Shown: in pieces, positions 19,687 through 29,177 of the stretch
How the letters are laid out: each line of letters begins with the position of its first letter
How positions within the stretch are numbered: position 1 is the stretch's first letter
Assembly: GCA_944332695.1 (NCBI GenBank)
Contig: CALVKL010000003.1
Coordinates: 1 to 36,311 of the forward strand
Source of the DNA: an uncultured Bacilli bacterium
GTDB taxonomy: Bacteria > Bacillota_I > Bacilli_A > RF39 > UBA660
DNA length: 36,311 nt
Direction of reading: 5' to 3'
Made by a program: the position numbers and the translations under genes
Notes under the pieces: generated by a model
The model's database searches: none
What the model saw: only the letters and a program-made list of their open reading frames with translations
What the model was told of the DNA's origin: nothing

Positions 19687-20963
19687 CTTTTCATATTATT
19701 AATTTAGGATGTAAGGTAAATGCTTATGAAGCTAAAGTTATGAGCGATTTACTTATTAACGCGGGTTATATTAAGGGAAGTATTGATAATGCCGATATAT
19801 ATATTGTCAATACTTGTTTTGTTACTAATGTAGCAGAACACAAATCATTACAAATGATTAGAAAAGTCATTAGAAAAGACCATAAATTAGTCATTGTATG
19901 TGGCTGTTTATCACAAATGAAAGCAGCAGAAGTTTTAAATTTGGGTGCTGATATTGTCTTAGGAAACAAGGACAAAACTAAAATAATTGATTATATTGAT
20001 AATTATAAGAATAAAATAAGCAAAATATATGATTTATCTAATACTAGTTTTGAAAATATGCAATTAAATAACTTTGATAAAACTAGAGCTTTTGTTAAAA
20101 TACAAGATGGTTGTAATAATTTTTGCTCATATTGCATAATTCCTTACACAAGAGGGAATATTAGAAGTAAGAAAAAAGAAGATGTTATCAAAGAAATAAC
20201 AAATTTAGTAAATTATGGTCATAAAGAAATAGTTTTAACTGGCATTCATACTGGCAGTTATAATGATTTAGGATATGATTTTGCTTCATTATTGGAAGAT
20301 ATAGTTAAAATAAACAATTTAAAAAGATTACGGATTTCTTCAATTGAAATCACAGAGATAAATGATCGAGTAATTGATATTATTAAAAATAACGATATTT
20401 TAGTTAACCATATGCATATTCCTTTACAATCGGGTTCTGATACAATCCTAAATCTTATGAATCGTAAATATGATATTACTTATTTTATCAATAAAATTAA
20501 TAAACTAAGAAGTATTCGACCAAACATTTCGATAACTACTGATGTTATAGTTGGTTTTCCTTATGAAACAGATGAATTATTTAATGAAACAATTGACAAC
20601 ATAAAGAAAATCAAATTTTCTAAAATTCATGTTTTTCCTTATTCTATCAGAGAAGGTACCAAAGCTAGTTTGATGGATAATCAAATTAAAGAAGAAGTAA
20701 AAAAAGAAAGAGTAAGGAAATTACTAGATTTATCAAAAGAATTAGAAATAGAATATATTAATAAGTTTATCGGAAAAATAATAGAATTTATCCCAGAAAC
20801 TTATAAGGATGGTTATTTATATGGGCATACAAGCAACTATTTATCTATTAAAACGTTAGGAAATAAAGACTTATTAAATAAAGTTATTGAAGTAAAAATA
20901 ATTCAGATAGATTATCCTTACTGTGTGTCTAACATTTGTCAAAATGCAGTTGACTTGAAGTGA
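19683..20963 (+). CDS. mtaB: tRNA ms2t6A37 methylthiotransferase MtaB
   Basis: LGCKVNAYE, NTC, GC, QDGCNNFCSYC radical-SAM motif, HVFPYS; near rsmE. Confidence 0.92.
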   Translation: MTFHIINLGCKVNAYEAKVMSDLLINAGYIKGSIDNADIYIVNTCFVTNVAEHKSLQMIRKVIRKDHKLVIVCGCLSQMKAAEVLNLGADIVLGNKDKTKIIDYIDNYKNKISKIYDLSNTSFENMQLNNFDKTRAFVKIQDGCNNFCSYCIIPYTRGNIRSKKKEDVIKEITNLVNYGHKEIVLTGIHTGSYNDLGYDFASLLEDIVKINNLKRLRISSIEITEINDRVIDIIKNNDILVNHMHIPLQSGSDTILNLMNRKYDITYFINKINKLRSIRPNISITTDVIVGFPYETDELFNETIDNIKKIKFSKIHVFPYSIREGTKASLMDNQIKEEVKKERVRKLLDLSKELEIEYINKFIGKIIEFIPETYKDGYLYGHTSNYLSIKTLGNKDLLNKVIEVKIIQIDYPYCVSNICQNAVDLK

Positions 20964-20978
20964 TGGTTATATTATACT
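20950..20978 (+). promoter_or_regulatory. SigA promoter overlapping the mtaB 3' end
   Basis: TTGACT-17-TATACT. Confidence 0.7.
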
Positions 20979-20995
20979 TATAGTAGGTGAAAGTT

Positions 20996-21367
20996 ATGAA
21001 ATATTTTTTACAAAGACAAAAAAATTTCGGGAAAGTTAACTTACCTAATAGTTCATTTGGCTTTGTTACTTGTAATGCACTAACAGGCATAGGATTAGGT
21101 CGATTTTATAGTTTTAATTGTAATGTCCTTCCTAGCTCTATAGTTGTAGCTTTAGGACCAACTTATTATACAAAAAAAGTTTATGAAAATTTGTTAAATG
21201 AATTATTAAGATCAACAAAATTATCTCTTTTTCTTGCTAAAGAATATTTAACGAAAAGTAATACAAAGACATTAAATGAATCAACTGATCAAGGTTTAAA
21301 TGGTTTAGAAAGAAGCAAAAGAAAAGCTCTTAATAATGGCATATTTAAACCTAATGATACCTATTAA
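20996..21367 (+). CDS. Hypothetical protein
   Basis: 123-aa ORF with its own promoter and AGGTGA RBS; no recognised family. Confidence 0.65.
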   Translation: MKYFLQRQKNFGKVNLPNSSFGFVTCNALTGIGLGRFYSFNCNVLPSSIVVALGPTYYTKKVYENLLNELLRSTKLSLFLAKEYLTKSNTKTLNESTDQGLNGLERSKRKALNNGIFKPNDTY

Positions 21368-21382
21368 GAAATGAGGAATTGT

Positions 21383-21754
21383 ATGAAAAAAGGATTTACT
21401 TTAGTTGAGTTACTGGCAGTAGTAATTATTTTATCAATAATATTAGCTATCGCTGTTCCTAATATTCAAAAAACTTTAAAAGAATCTAAAGAAACTGCTT
21501 ATCAAAGAAGTATTGATGGAATAATTGAAGCATCTAAATTATATGTAACTAATTTAGGCCAATACCCAACAACCGAAACCAAAAAAATCACTTTACAAAT
21601 GCTAATAACTGCTGGTTTATTAGAAGATAGTGAAATTATAGACCCACGTAATAACCAAACGATAGATGGTTGTGTTTTATATACTTGGGATGATACTAAC
21701 AATCAGTATAAATATGAATATAAAGATGCTGATACATGCGCACTTTATGATTAA
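21383..21754 (+). CDS. Type IV pilin/pseudopilin-like protein
   Basis: MKKG|FTLVELLAVVIIL..IAVP; ITLQMLI..GLL..IIDP..GCV..C. Confidence 0.87.
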   Translation: MKKGFTLVELLAVVIILSIILAIAVPNIQKTLKESKETAYQRSIDGIIEASKLYVTNLGQYPTTETKKITLQMLITAGLLEDSEIIDPRNNQTIDGCVLYTWDDTNNQYKYEYKDADTCALYD

Positions 21755-21776
21755 TATAAAACTTATTTAAAAATAT

Positions 21777-21805
21777 AAATAGTAGTATCAGCTACTATTT
21801 TGTTT
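21777..21805 (+). terminator. Intrinsic terminator after the pilin gene
   Basis: AAATAGTAG-tatcag-CTACTATTT-TGTTT. Confidence 0.65.
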
Positions 21806-21825
21806 CTATTATAAAAGGTGTATTT

Positions 21826-24027
21826 ATGAAATTATATATTAAAGGAAATTATCGAAGAACAATTTATTCGTCTAATAACTATATTATTGGTTTATTTAAA
21901 ATTAAAGATACTAATGATGACGAAATGAAGTTATATATAAATAAAGTAATTACATTTACTGGTTATTTTCATGAGTTAAATGAAGATGATATGTATTGTT
22001 TTTATGGACACACAGTTGATCATCCTAAATATGGTATACAATTTCAAGTTGATGAATATGAAAGATTAAAGCCAGAAGATGAAGATGGTTTGATAACTTT
22101 TTTATCCAGTGATTTGTTTAAGGGTGTTGGTGAAAAATTGGCTAAATCAATTGTTGATACATTAGGCCAAAATGTTTTAGAAGAAATATTAAAAGATGAA
22201 ACTTGTTTGTTATTAGTTCCTAAAATGACTTCTAAAAAAGCTCACAAAATATATGAAACATTATCAAAATATGAAGAAAGTCATCAGATGATCGTATATT
22301 TAACAGATTTAGGATTTAATATGAAAGATTCTTTGGATATCTATAACACTTATAAAAAAGATACAATTAATAATATTGAATATAATCCATATATGTTAAT
22401 TAATGATGTTGGTATTAGTTTTAGTAAAGTAGATGAAATCGCATTAAAATTTAATATTCAATTAAATGATGAAAGAAGAATTAAGGCATGTATAATTTAT
22501 GTTATGAACAAAATAACGTATAATAATAGTGATACTTATTTAGTTTATGATGAGATAATTGCTGGTATCGTCAACTACTTAAAAATAGATTTAGATATTG
22601 AGGAAGTTAATTTATTATTAAAAGAATTAATTGACGAAAATAAAATTATTTTAGTAAATGATAAATATTATTTAAAAGAAATATATGATTCAGAAGTAAA
22701 TATTATTAATGAATTAAGCTATTTAATAAAAAATAAAATTAGTAAAAAAAACTTAGCAGAAAGTATAAGTAAATTAGAAAAAGCAAATAATATAAAATAT
22801 AATATTAAACAAAAAGAAGCTATTAATAAAGCACTAGAAAATAATGTTACTATTATTACCGGTGGACCAGGAACAGGAAAAACAACAATTATCAAAGCAA
22901 TTTGCGAATTATACATGCAAATAAATAAATTAGACTATAATCAAGCTTGTGAAAAAATAGCTTTATTAGCACCTACAGGTAGAGCAAGTAAACGTTTAAG
23001 TACAGCTACTTTATTACCAGCTAGTACAATTCATCGTTTTCTAAAATGGAATAAGGAGACTAATGAATTTTTGGTTAATGAATTTAATAAAAATTATCAA
23101 AATTTAATTATTATTGATGAAGTCAGTATGTTAGATTTAAGATTATTAGGCAGTTTATTTAAAGGAATAACTAGAAATATTAAGTTAATTTTAGTAGGTG
23201 ATCATCATCAATTACCTTCGGTTGGACCAGGTAATGTTTTGAAAGATTTAATTGAAAGTGAGTTAATTGATACTATTTATTTAGATACATTATATCGCCA
23301 AGATGAAAACTCTTATATTCCCACTTTAGCTAAAGAAATTAAAGATAATAACCTGAGCGATAATTATTTACAAACGAAAAGTGATTATACATTTTTAAAA
23401 TGTAATAGTTTATTTCTAAAAGATAATTTAAAAAAATTATGTAATCAGTTAATTGATAAAGGTTATGATTATAAAAGAGTGCAAATCATGGCTCCAATGT
23501 ATGCTGGTGTTAATGGAATTGATAATTTAAATAAAGAATTACAAAGCGTGTTTAATCCTTATGATAAAACTAAAAATGAGATAAATTATGGCGATGTAAT
23601 TTATCGTGAAAACGATAAAGTTTTACAATTAACAAATATTCCTGATGAGAATATATATAATGGTGATATTGGAATTATCAAAAGTATTACTAAAATTGAT
23701 AAAAAAACTTTTATTTATATTGATTTTGATGGAAATATAGTTAAATACGAGAGCAAGGACTTAAATAAAATAACCCATGGTTTTATTATTTCTATTCATA
23801 AATCTCAAGGTAGTGAATTTGAATTAGTTATTATTACTTTATCAAATAGTTATAAAAGAATGTTGTATCGAAAATTAATATATACAGGAGTTACTAGAGC
23901 TAAAAAGAAACTAATTTTAATTGGCGAGGTAGATGCTTTTATTTATGCAATTAACAATAATAGTGAAATAATAAGAAAAACTAATTTGCTGGAACAATTA
24001 AAGAATAAAGTTTTAAATAATGGTTAA
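21826..24027 (+). CDS. recD2: RecD2-like ATP-dependent helicase
   Basis: HPKYG.QF, HhH motif KGVGEK.A, GGPGTGKTT, APTGRAS, DEVSM, GDHHQLPSVGPG, YRQ, HKSQGSEF. Confidence 0.95.
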   Translation: MKLYIKGNYRRTIYSSNNYIIGLFKIKDTNDDEMKLYINKVITFTGYFHELNEDDMYCFYGHTVDHPKYGIQFQVDEYERLKPEDEDGLITFLSSDLFKGVGEKLAKSIVDTLGQNVLEEILKDETCLLLVPKMTSKKAHKIYETLSKYEESHQMIVYLTDLGFNMKDSLDIYNTYKKDTINNIEYNPYMLINDVGISFSKVDEIALKFNIQLNDERRIKACIIYVMNKITYNNSDTYLVYDEIIAGIVNYLKIDLDIEEVNLLLKELIDENKIILVNDKYYLKEIYDSEVNIINELSYLIKNKISKKNLAESISKLEKANNIKYNIKQKEAINKALENNVTIITGGPGTGKTTIIKAICELYMQINKLDYNQACEKIALLAPTGRASKRLSTATLLPASTIHRFLKWNKETNEFLVNEFNKNYQNLIIIDEVSMLDLRLLGSLFKGITRNIKLILVGDHHQLPSVGPGNVLKDLIESELIDTIYLDTLYRQDENSYIPTLAKEIKDNNLSDNYLQTKSDYTFLKCNSLFLKDNLKKLCNQLIDKGYDYKRVQIMAPMYAGVNGIDNLNKELQSVFNPYDKTKNEINYGDVIYRENDKVLQLTNIPDENIYNGDIGIIKSITKIDKKTFIYIDFDGNIVKYESKDLNKITHGFIISIHKSQGSEFELVIITLSNSYKRMLYRKLIYTGVTRAKKKLILIGEVDAFIYAINNNSEIIRKTNLLEQLKNKVLNNG

Positions 24028-24082
24028 AATATTATTGTATGTACATACTCTTCATTTTTTCTATTTTAAAGAGGTGATATCT

Positions 24083-24238
24083 ATGAAAGAAATTATAAAA
24101 AGTGCCATGTTTATTGGAATTGGTATTGGCGCAATTTATGCTTATCAAAAATATAGTAAACCTATGATGAAAGAAATTGAAAAATTTACGAATAAAACGA
24201 TGAAAAAAGTTAATAAAGAATTAGAAGAAATGATGTAA
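24083..24238 (+). CDS. Small membrane protein (51 aa)
   Basis: GAGGTGA RBS; MKEIIKSAMFIGIGIGAIYAYQKY followed by a helical K/E/M-rich tail; followed by a terminator. Confidence 0.75.
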   Translation: MKEIIKSAMFIGIGIGAIYAYQKYSKPMMKEIEKFTNKTMKKVNKELEEMM

Positions 24239-24267
24239 AATAAACTTCCTTAATGGGAAGTTTATTT
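24238..24267 (+). terminator. Intrinsic terminator
   Basis: AAATAAACTTCC-ttaatg-GGAAGTTTATTT. Confidence 0.8.
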
Positions 24268-24348
24268 AGTTGTGACTGATTTGTCTAAATTTTATCTACA
24301 ATTCTTTAGTTTAGCTCACATCTTCATTTTGTCACTTGATAAAAAAGA

Positions 24349-24377
24349 TTGCAATTTATTAGTTTGTATTATATAAT
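24349..24377 (+). promoter_or_regulatory. SigA promoter of the permease gene
   Basis: TTGCAA-17-TATAAT. Confidence 0.7.
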
Positions 24378-24394
24378 CAAAATAGGTGAATCAT

Positions 24395-26668
24395 ATGAAG
24401 ATTATGTTCAAGTTAACTTTAAAAGATCTATTAAAACATAAAAAAAGTTTTATTTTATGTTTAATAAGTGTTTTACTTTCATGCATTTTATTATTTTCGA
24501 TTGGTTTGGCTGTTTCGACAACAAGACAAAATCAAATTAATAATATCATTAATTTATATGGAGATCAACACGCTATATATTATACAACTACTAATAATAA
24601 AAATATATTAAATGACGAAAGAATTTCTAAATATTATTACATTTTTAAAATAAAAGATAATTTATATGGAATTAGCGATAATTTTGATATAGATCTTAAT
24701 TTAGAAGGGAAATTACCTACTAATAATAATGAAATAATTGTTAGTTTTAAGACCGCTAATCAATTAAATTTAAAAATAGGTTCGATTTATCAAGATAAAA
24801 AAATAGTGGGAATTTATCAAAATGATTATTTTAAAAAATTTAATTTAGAAAACATTTCTTTAACTAAAGATGCTGAAAATAATAATGATGCATTATATTT
24901 TGTTTATTTAAAAAAATATAAAAATATATATAACGAATTAAGAAGTATTGTTAATAATTTAGAAGATTACGATATATCTATTAATAATTCATTATTATAT
25001 TATTATGCTGGAGCTGACCCAATTGATAATTTTAGTTCTAATAGTAATGAAGTTTTTCTATTAATGACAATGTTTTTGTGTTTAATTTTAGCTTTTGTTG
25101 TTTTTTTCATCATCTATAATGCTTTTTCGATATCAGTTAACGAAAAGAAAAAAAGTTATGCAATGTATAAAAGTATTGGCGCTAGTCCTAAACAAATATT
25201 GTTTTCGGTGTTTTTAGATTCATTTATTATTTTATTAATTGCCATTCCTTTAGGCTTTATCTTAAGTACGGGATTTGTTTCATTAGTTTTATTAATCATC
25301 AATAATATTTTACAAGAATTAATAACCAATAATTATACATTAGAAATATATCCTTTATTTATTTTAGTTTCATTAATATTTATTTTAATTAGCACTTTTT
25401 TAGCTACTTTATCACCAGCACAAATGGCAAGTAGGATTAATATCATTGAAGAAGTAAGACAAACTAAAAAATTTAAGCATAGAAAAGAAAATAAACTAGT
25501 TAAAAAGATATTTGGAATTGAAGGATTGATTTCTGCTAATAGTGTAACTAGGGATCGAGCTAAATATCGTGTGACAACAATTTCGATTGTTGTAGGAATA
25601 GTTTTGTTTTTAACAGTAACTTGTCTTTTATCAATTGCTTTATTTAATAATTATGACTATGATAATTATGATTATGCTTATATCGGTTTATATGATAATA
25701 CAACAAACATAAAATCAGTTATTAATTACATTTCGAACTTAGATACCGTTACTGATTATGTTTATTTTAATAAAGATTATTTTAGATTTGAAACAGAAAC
25801 TAAAGTTAATAATTTAAAAGAAAATGTGCTTAATTTTTATTATTTAGATGAAATTAGTTATAACAAATTAAAAGAATATTATAAAATTAATAATGATGAT
25901 CCTATTATAATCAATACTTTAAAAAATAAAAAAAAGGTATTTGATTTAGATAAGGTTACCCTAACTTTAACACCTTATAGTAGTTATGAAGAACAAATAA
26001 AAACAACAATAAACGCTAATGTGGTTAGAACTTTAGGTCCTTTAGAAAAATATAATAATATTTTTGAATCAGAAATTTTTTTGACAATATTTAGTAAATA
26101 TAATGATGAAGATGAAAGTACAATTTATATCAAGTCTAATGATTATTTAAAACTAGATAAACAATTAAGATTAATAGTTTCCAATAACAAAGATACTTCT
26201 TATTTTAATTATCCAGCTATTAATTATGAAAATATTGTTAAAAGTAATTGTTATCGATTAGTTATATATATAGCTTTATTGTTTATAATTTTTATAACTT
26301 TTGCAAGTATTATTGGAACAATTAGTGCTAATATTAATTTAAGAAGAAGAGAATTCGCTATTTTAAAAAGTATTGGTTTATCTAATAAAAGTTTTAATAA
26401 AATGATCTTTTATGAAAGTTTAATGTTAAGCTTAAAATCGTTATTATTTGGCTTATTGATATTTATTTTAATAGTTGTTATATTTTTAAGAATTTCAATG
26501 ATTAGTGAAAACACTTTTAAAAGTTTACTTCAAATACCGTTTGATATATTTATCATTCCTTTAATAAGCTGTATTTTAGGAGTAATTATTATTAATTATT
26601 TATCCTTTTTGATAGCAACTTCTAAAATAAAAAAAGATAATATTATTGATGTCATTAAAACAAATTAA
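24395..26668 (+). CDS. ABC transporter permease with two FtsX-like domains (MacB/BceB-like architecture)
   Basis: IYNAFSISVNEKKK.YAMYKSIGAS and NINLRRREFAILKSIGLS FtsX-type motifs; ~8 TMs with two large loops. Confidence 0.88.
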   Translation: MKIMFKLTLKDLLKHKKSFILCLISVLLSCILLFSIGLAVSTTRQNQINNIINLYGDQHAIYYTTTNNKNILNDERISKYYYIFKIKDNLYGISDNFDIDLNLEGKLPTNNNEIIVSFKTANQLNLKIGSIYQDKKIVGIYQNDYFKKFNLENISLTKDAENNNDALYFVYLKKYKNIYNELRSIVNNLEDYDISINNSLLYYYAGADPIDNFSSNSNEVFLLMTMFLCLILAFVVFFIIYNAFSISVNEKKKSYAMYKSIGASPKQILFSVFLDSFIILLIAIPLGFILSTGFVSLVLLIINNILQELITNNYTLEIYPLFILVSLIFILISTFLATLSPAQMASRINIIEEVRQTKKFKHRKENKLVKKIFGIEGLISANSVTRDRAKYRVTTISIVVGIVLFLTVTCLLSIALFNNYDYDNYDYAYIGLYDNTTNIKSVINYISNLDTVTDYVYFNKDYFRFETETKVNNLKENVLNFYYLDEISYNKLKEYYKINNDDPIIINTLKNKKKVFDLDKVTLTLTPYSSYEEQIKTTINANVVRTLGPLEKYNNIFESEIFLTIFSKYNDEDESTIYIKSNDYLKLDKQLRLIVSNNKDTSYFNYPAINYENIVKSNCYRLVIYIALLFIIFITFASIIGTISANINLRRREFAILKSIGLSNKSFNKMIFYESLMLSLKSLLFGLLIFILIVVIFLRISMISENTFKSLLQIPFDIFIIPLISCILGVIIINYLSFLIATSKIKKDNIIDVIKTN

Positions 26669-26692
26669 AAAAGAGCTTAAAAACTCTTTTTT
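26667..26692. terminator. Bidirectional terminator between convergent genes
   Basis: AAAAAAGAG-cttaaaaa-CTCTTTTTT. Confidence 0.55.
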
Positions 26693-27072
26693 AATGTATT
26701 AATATGTTGTTCATAAGTTTCTTCTGAAGAAAAAACTTGTAAGCTATCATAATTACCATGAACAAAAACTTTTCTATCAATAGCAAATTGTTTATGCGGA
26801 TTAAAGCTAATTCTTCTTTGACTATCAACTTTAACTAAATCGACAATTGAGCTTGTTAACAATTCAATTCCTTTTTTATCGCCTTTATTTTTTAATTGTT
26901 TAATTTCTTCTTCAATTTTAAAAAGATTAACAATAATGTAAAAATTTCCCTCACCCTTTTGAATGATTAACTGGTCATTTTTCTCAGCATTACAAAAAGC
27001 CGGAATAATAATTCTACCCTTGTCATCGATTTTAATCGTGCTATTTCCGAAAATAGGCATTTTTCCAAACAT
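26677..27072 (-). CDS. MraZ-like protein (two SpoVT-AbrB folds), divergent
   Basis: F.G....IDDKGRIIIP, VDSQRRI and V.V.G..D.LQVFS..Y pattern; AAGGAGG RBS. Confidence 0.75.
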   Translation of the reverse strand: MFGKMPIFGNSTIKIDDKGRIIIPAFCNAEKNDQLIIQKGEGNFYIIVNLFKIEEEIKQLKNKGDKKGIELLTSSIVDLVKVDSQRRISFNPHKQFAIDRKVFVHGNYDSLQVFSSEETYEQHINTLKKSF

Positions 27073-27097
27073 ATTATTCCTCCTTGAATAGCCATAT

Positions 27098-27125
27098 ATT
27101 ATACTTGTTTTTTAATATTTGTCAA
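27098..27125 (-). promoter_or_regulatory. SigA promoter of the mraZ-like gene
   Basis: Minus strand TTGACA-16-TATAAT. Confidence 0.7.
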
Positions 27126-27165
27126 ATTATTATTACATTTAATTATTTAAAAATTCATATAATTA

Positions 27166-27174
27166 TGGTATAAT
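27166..27174 (+). promoter_or_regulatory. Extended -10 promoter of murG
   Basis: TGGTATAAT about 20 nt upstream of the start. Confidence 0.6.
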
Positions 27175-27194
27175 CGATAGTAAGGATGTGGATT

Positions 27195-28274
27195 ATGAAA
27201 GTTATAATAAGTGCTGGAGGAACTGGAGGTCATATTTACCCAGCGTTAGCCATTATAAATAAAATTAAAAAGCAAGAGCCTGATAGTGAATTTTTATATA
27301 TTGGAACTCATGATCGAATGGAAAAAGATATTGTACCAAAATATAATATTCCTTTTAAGCAAATTGAAATATATGGATTTAATCGTAAAAAAATATTTAA
27401 AAATTTTAAAACTTTAAATTCATTAATTAAAGCTAATAAAGAGGTAAAAAAAATAATAAAAGAATTTAACCCTGATATTGTTATTGGCGTTGGTGGATAC
27501 GTTACGGTGCCAGTTATTAAGCAAGCTAAAAAACTTGGTTATAAAACATTTATTCATGAACAAAACTCTGTTCCCGGTAAAGCTAATACTTATTTAAGTA
27601 ACTATGCTGATATGATTGGAATTTCATTTCCTTCAAGTAAACAGTATTTTCCTAAAAATAAAGTTGTTTTGACGGGTAATCCTTGTAGTGAGGACGCCAT
27701 AAATACTATACCTTGTGAAAAAAAAGAATTTAATTTAAGTGACAAACCATTAGTTTTATTTGTTATGGGTTCGTTAGGAGCTAGTAAAGTTAATGATTTT
27801 TTAATTAAAACAATGTCTTTATTTAATAATAAAGAATATGAAATATTATATGTTACTGGTAGGAATGATTATGATAAAATTAAACAGCTTAACTTTCCTA
27901 AAAATGTCAAAGTGGTACCTTATGTTGATAAGATGACTCGAATTATGAAAAAAACAGATATTATGGTAACAAGAGCAGGAGCGAGCACTTTAAGCGAAAT
28001 AATTGCTTTGAAAATTCCTAGTATTATTATTCCTAGTCCTTATGTAACAAATAACCACCAATATAAAAATGCTTTAGATTTAGTTAAAGCAGAAGCTGCT
28101 TTAATGATTGAAGAAAAAGATTTAAAAGGAGATATTATTGTTAGAACTCTTGACAAACTACTTAAAGATAAAAAAATATTAGAAACAATGAAACAAAATT
28201 TAGCTAAATTGCAAGTTAGTGATAGTGCAACCATAATTTATGACAATATAAAAAAATTAATAGATAGGAAGTAA
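27195..28274 (+). CDS. murG: Lipid II GlcNAc transferase MurG
   Basis: GGTGGHIYP, GGYV, HEQNSVPGKAN, GNP, GSLGA, RAGAST, HQ..NA. Confidence 0.97.
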   Translation: MKVIISAGGTGGHIYPALAIINKIKKQEPDSEFLYIGTHDRMEKDIVPKYNIPFKQIEIYGFNRKKIFKNFKTLNSLIKANKEVKKIIKEFNPDIVIGVGGYVTVPVIKQAKKLGYKTFIHEQNSVPGKANTYLSNYADMIGISFPSSKQYFPKNKVVLTGNPCSEDAINTIPCEKKEFNLSDKPLVLFVMGSLGASKVNDFLIKTMSLFNNKEYEILYVTGRNDYDKIKQLNFPKNVKVVPYVDKMTRIMKKTDIMVTRAGASTLSEIIALKIPSIIIPSPYVTNNHQYKNALDLVKAEAALMIEEKDLKGDIIVRTLDKLLKDKKILETMKQNLAKLQVSDSATIIYDNIKKLIDRK

Positions 28275-28277
28275 GAA

Positions 28278-29168
28278 ATGATTGAAAATTTAAAGAAACT
28301 AAAAGTAGGAAAAGTTATTGATAACCCTAAAATGAGTAATTATACTACGTATAAAGTAGGTGGTAATGCCATAGCTATAGTATATCCCACTAGTGTTAAT
28401 AATTTAGTGAAACTATTAAAATATTTAAATACTAACCATATTAAATATAAAATTTTAGGTAATGGTTCAAATTTAATTTTTAAAGATGATTTATATAATG
28501 GCGTATTAATTAAATTAGATAAATTTGATAAATTAGAGATAAATGACACTATTATTACTGTTGGTGCTGGTTATAATTTAATTAAATTAAGTTTAAAAAC
28601 AGCTCGGTTAGGATTATCTGGATTAGAATTTGCATCTGGTATTCCAGGAACTGTTGGGGGAGCTATATATATGAATGCGGGAGCTTATAAATCTGATATG
28701 GGCTATGTTGTCAGCGAGATTAAGGTTTTAACGCCAAATTATCATGTTAAAACTTTATATAATAAAGATTTAGATTTTCATTACCGTTCTAGTTTTTTAC
28801 AAAAAAATCCTAACTATATTTGTTTAGAAGCAAAGATAGTTTTAAAACATAGTAATTCTAAAGAGATTATGGAAATAATTGCTGATCGAAAACAAAGGAG
28901 ATTACTAACACAACCTTTGGAATATCCATCAGCTGGGAGTGTTTTTAGAAATCCTGCTAATGATTTCGCTGGAAGATTAATCGAAGAATTAGGATATAAA
29001 GGGAAAAATATCGGCGGTGCTTATGTCAGTGAAAAGCACGCTAATTTTATTATTAATAAAGGAAATGCAAGTGCTAGTGATGTTAGAAATTTAATCAATG
29101 AAATAAAAGAAAAAGTTAAAGAAAAATATGATATCGATTTGATAGTTGAACAAGAATTTGTAGATTAG
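28278..29168 (+). CDS. murB: UDP-N-acetylmuramate dehydrogenase
   Basis: GNGSN, GLEFASGIPGTVGGAIYMNAGAY, PSAGSVFRNP, KHANF. Confidence 0.97.
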   Translation: MIENLKKLKVGKVIDNPKMSNYTTYKVGGNAIAIVYPTSVNNLVKLLKYLNTNHIKYKILGNGSNLIFKDDLYNGVLIKLDKFDKLEINDTIITVGAGYNLIKLSLKTARLGLSGLEFASGIPGTVGGAIYMNAGAYKSDMGYVVSEIKVLTPNYHVKTLYNKDLDFHYRSSFLQKNPNYICLEAKIVLKHSNSKEIMEIIADRKQRRLLTQPLEYPSAGSVFRNPANDFAGRLIEELGYKGKNIGGAYVSEKHANFIINKGNASASDVRNLINEIKEKVKEKYDIDLIVEQEFVD

Positions 29169-29177
29169 GGGAATTTT

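Noticed and set aside
16917-22916. Short minus-strand ORFs within dnaE, rsmE, the hypothetical gene, mtaB, the pilin and recD2
   Set aside because: Antisense shadows of well-supported genes.
24270-24336. GTGAC...GTCAC-bounded region as a riboswitch or sRNA
   Set aside because: It lies upstream of the predicted promoter, internal pairing is weak and no known aptamer motif is visible.
27070-27086. 17-nt identity (CATATTATTCCTCCTTG) with 14182-14198 upstream of rpmB
   Set aside because: It consists of the Shine-Dalgarno sequence, an AT spacer and the start codon; convergence is a sufficient explanation.
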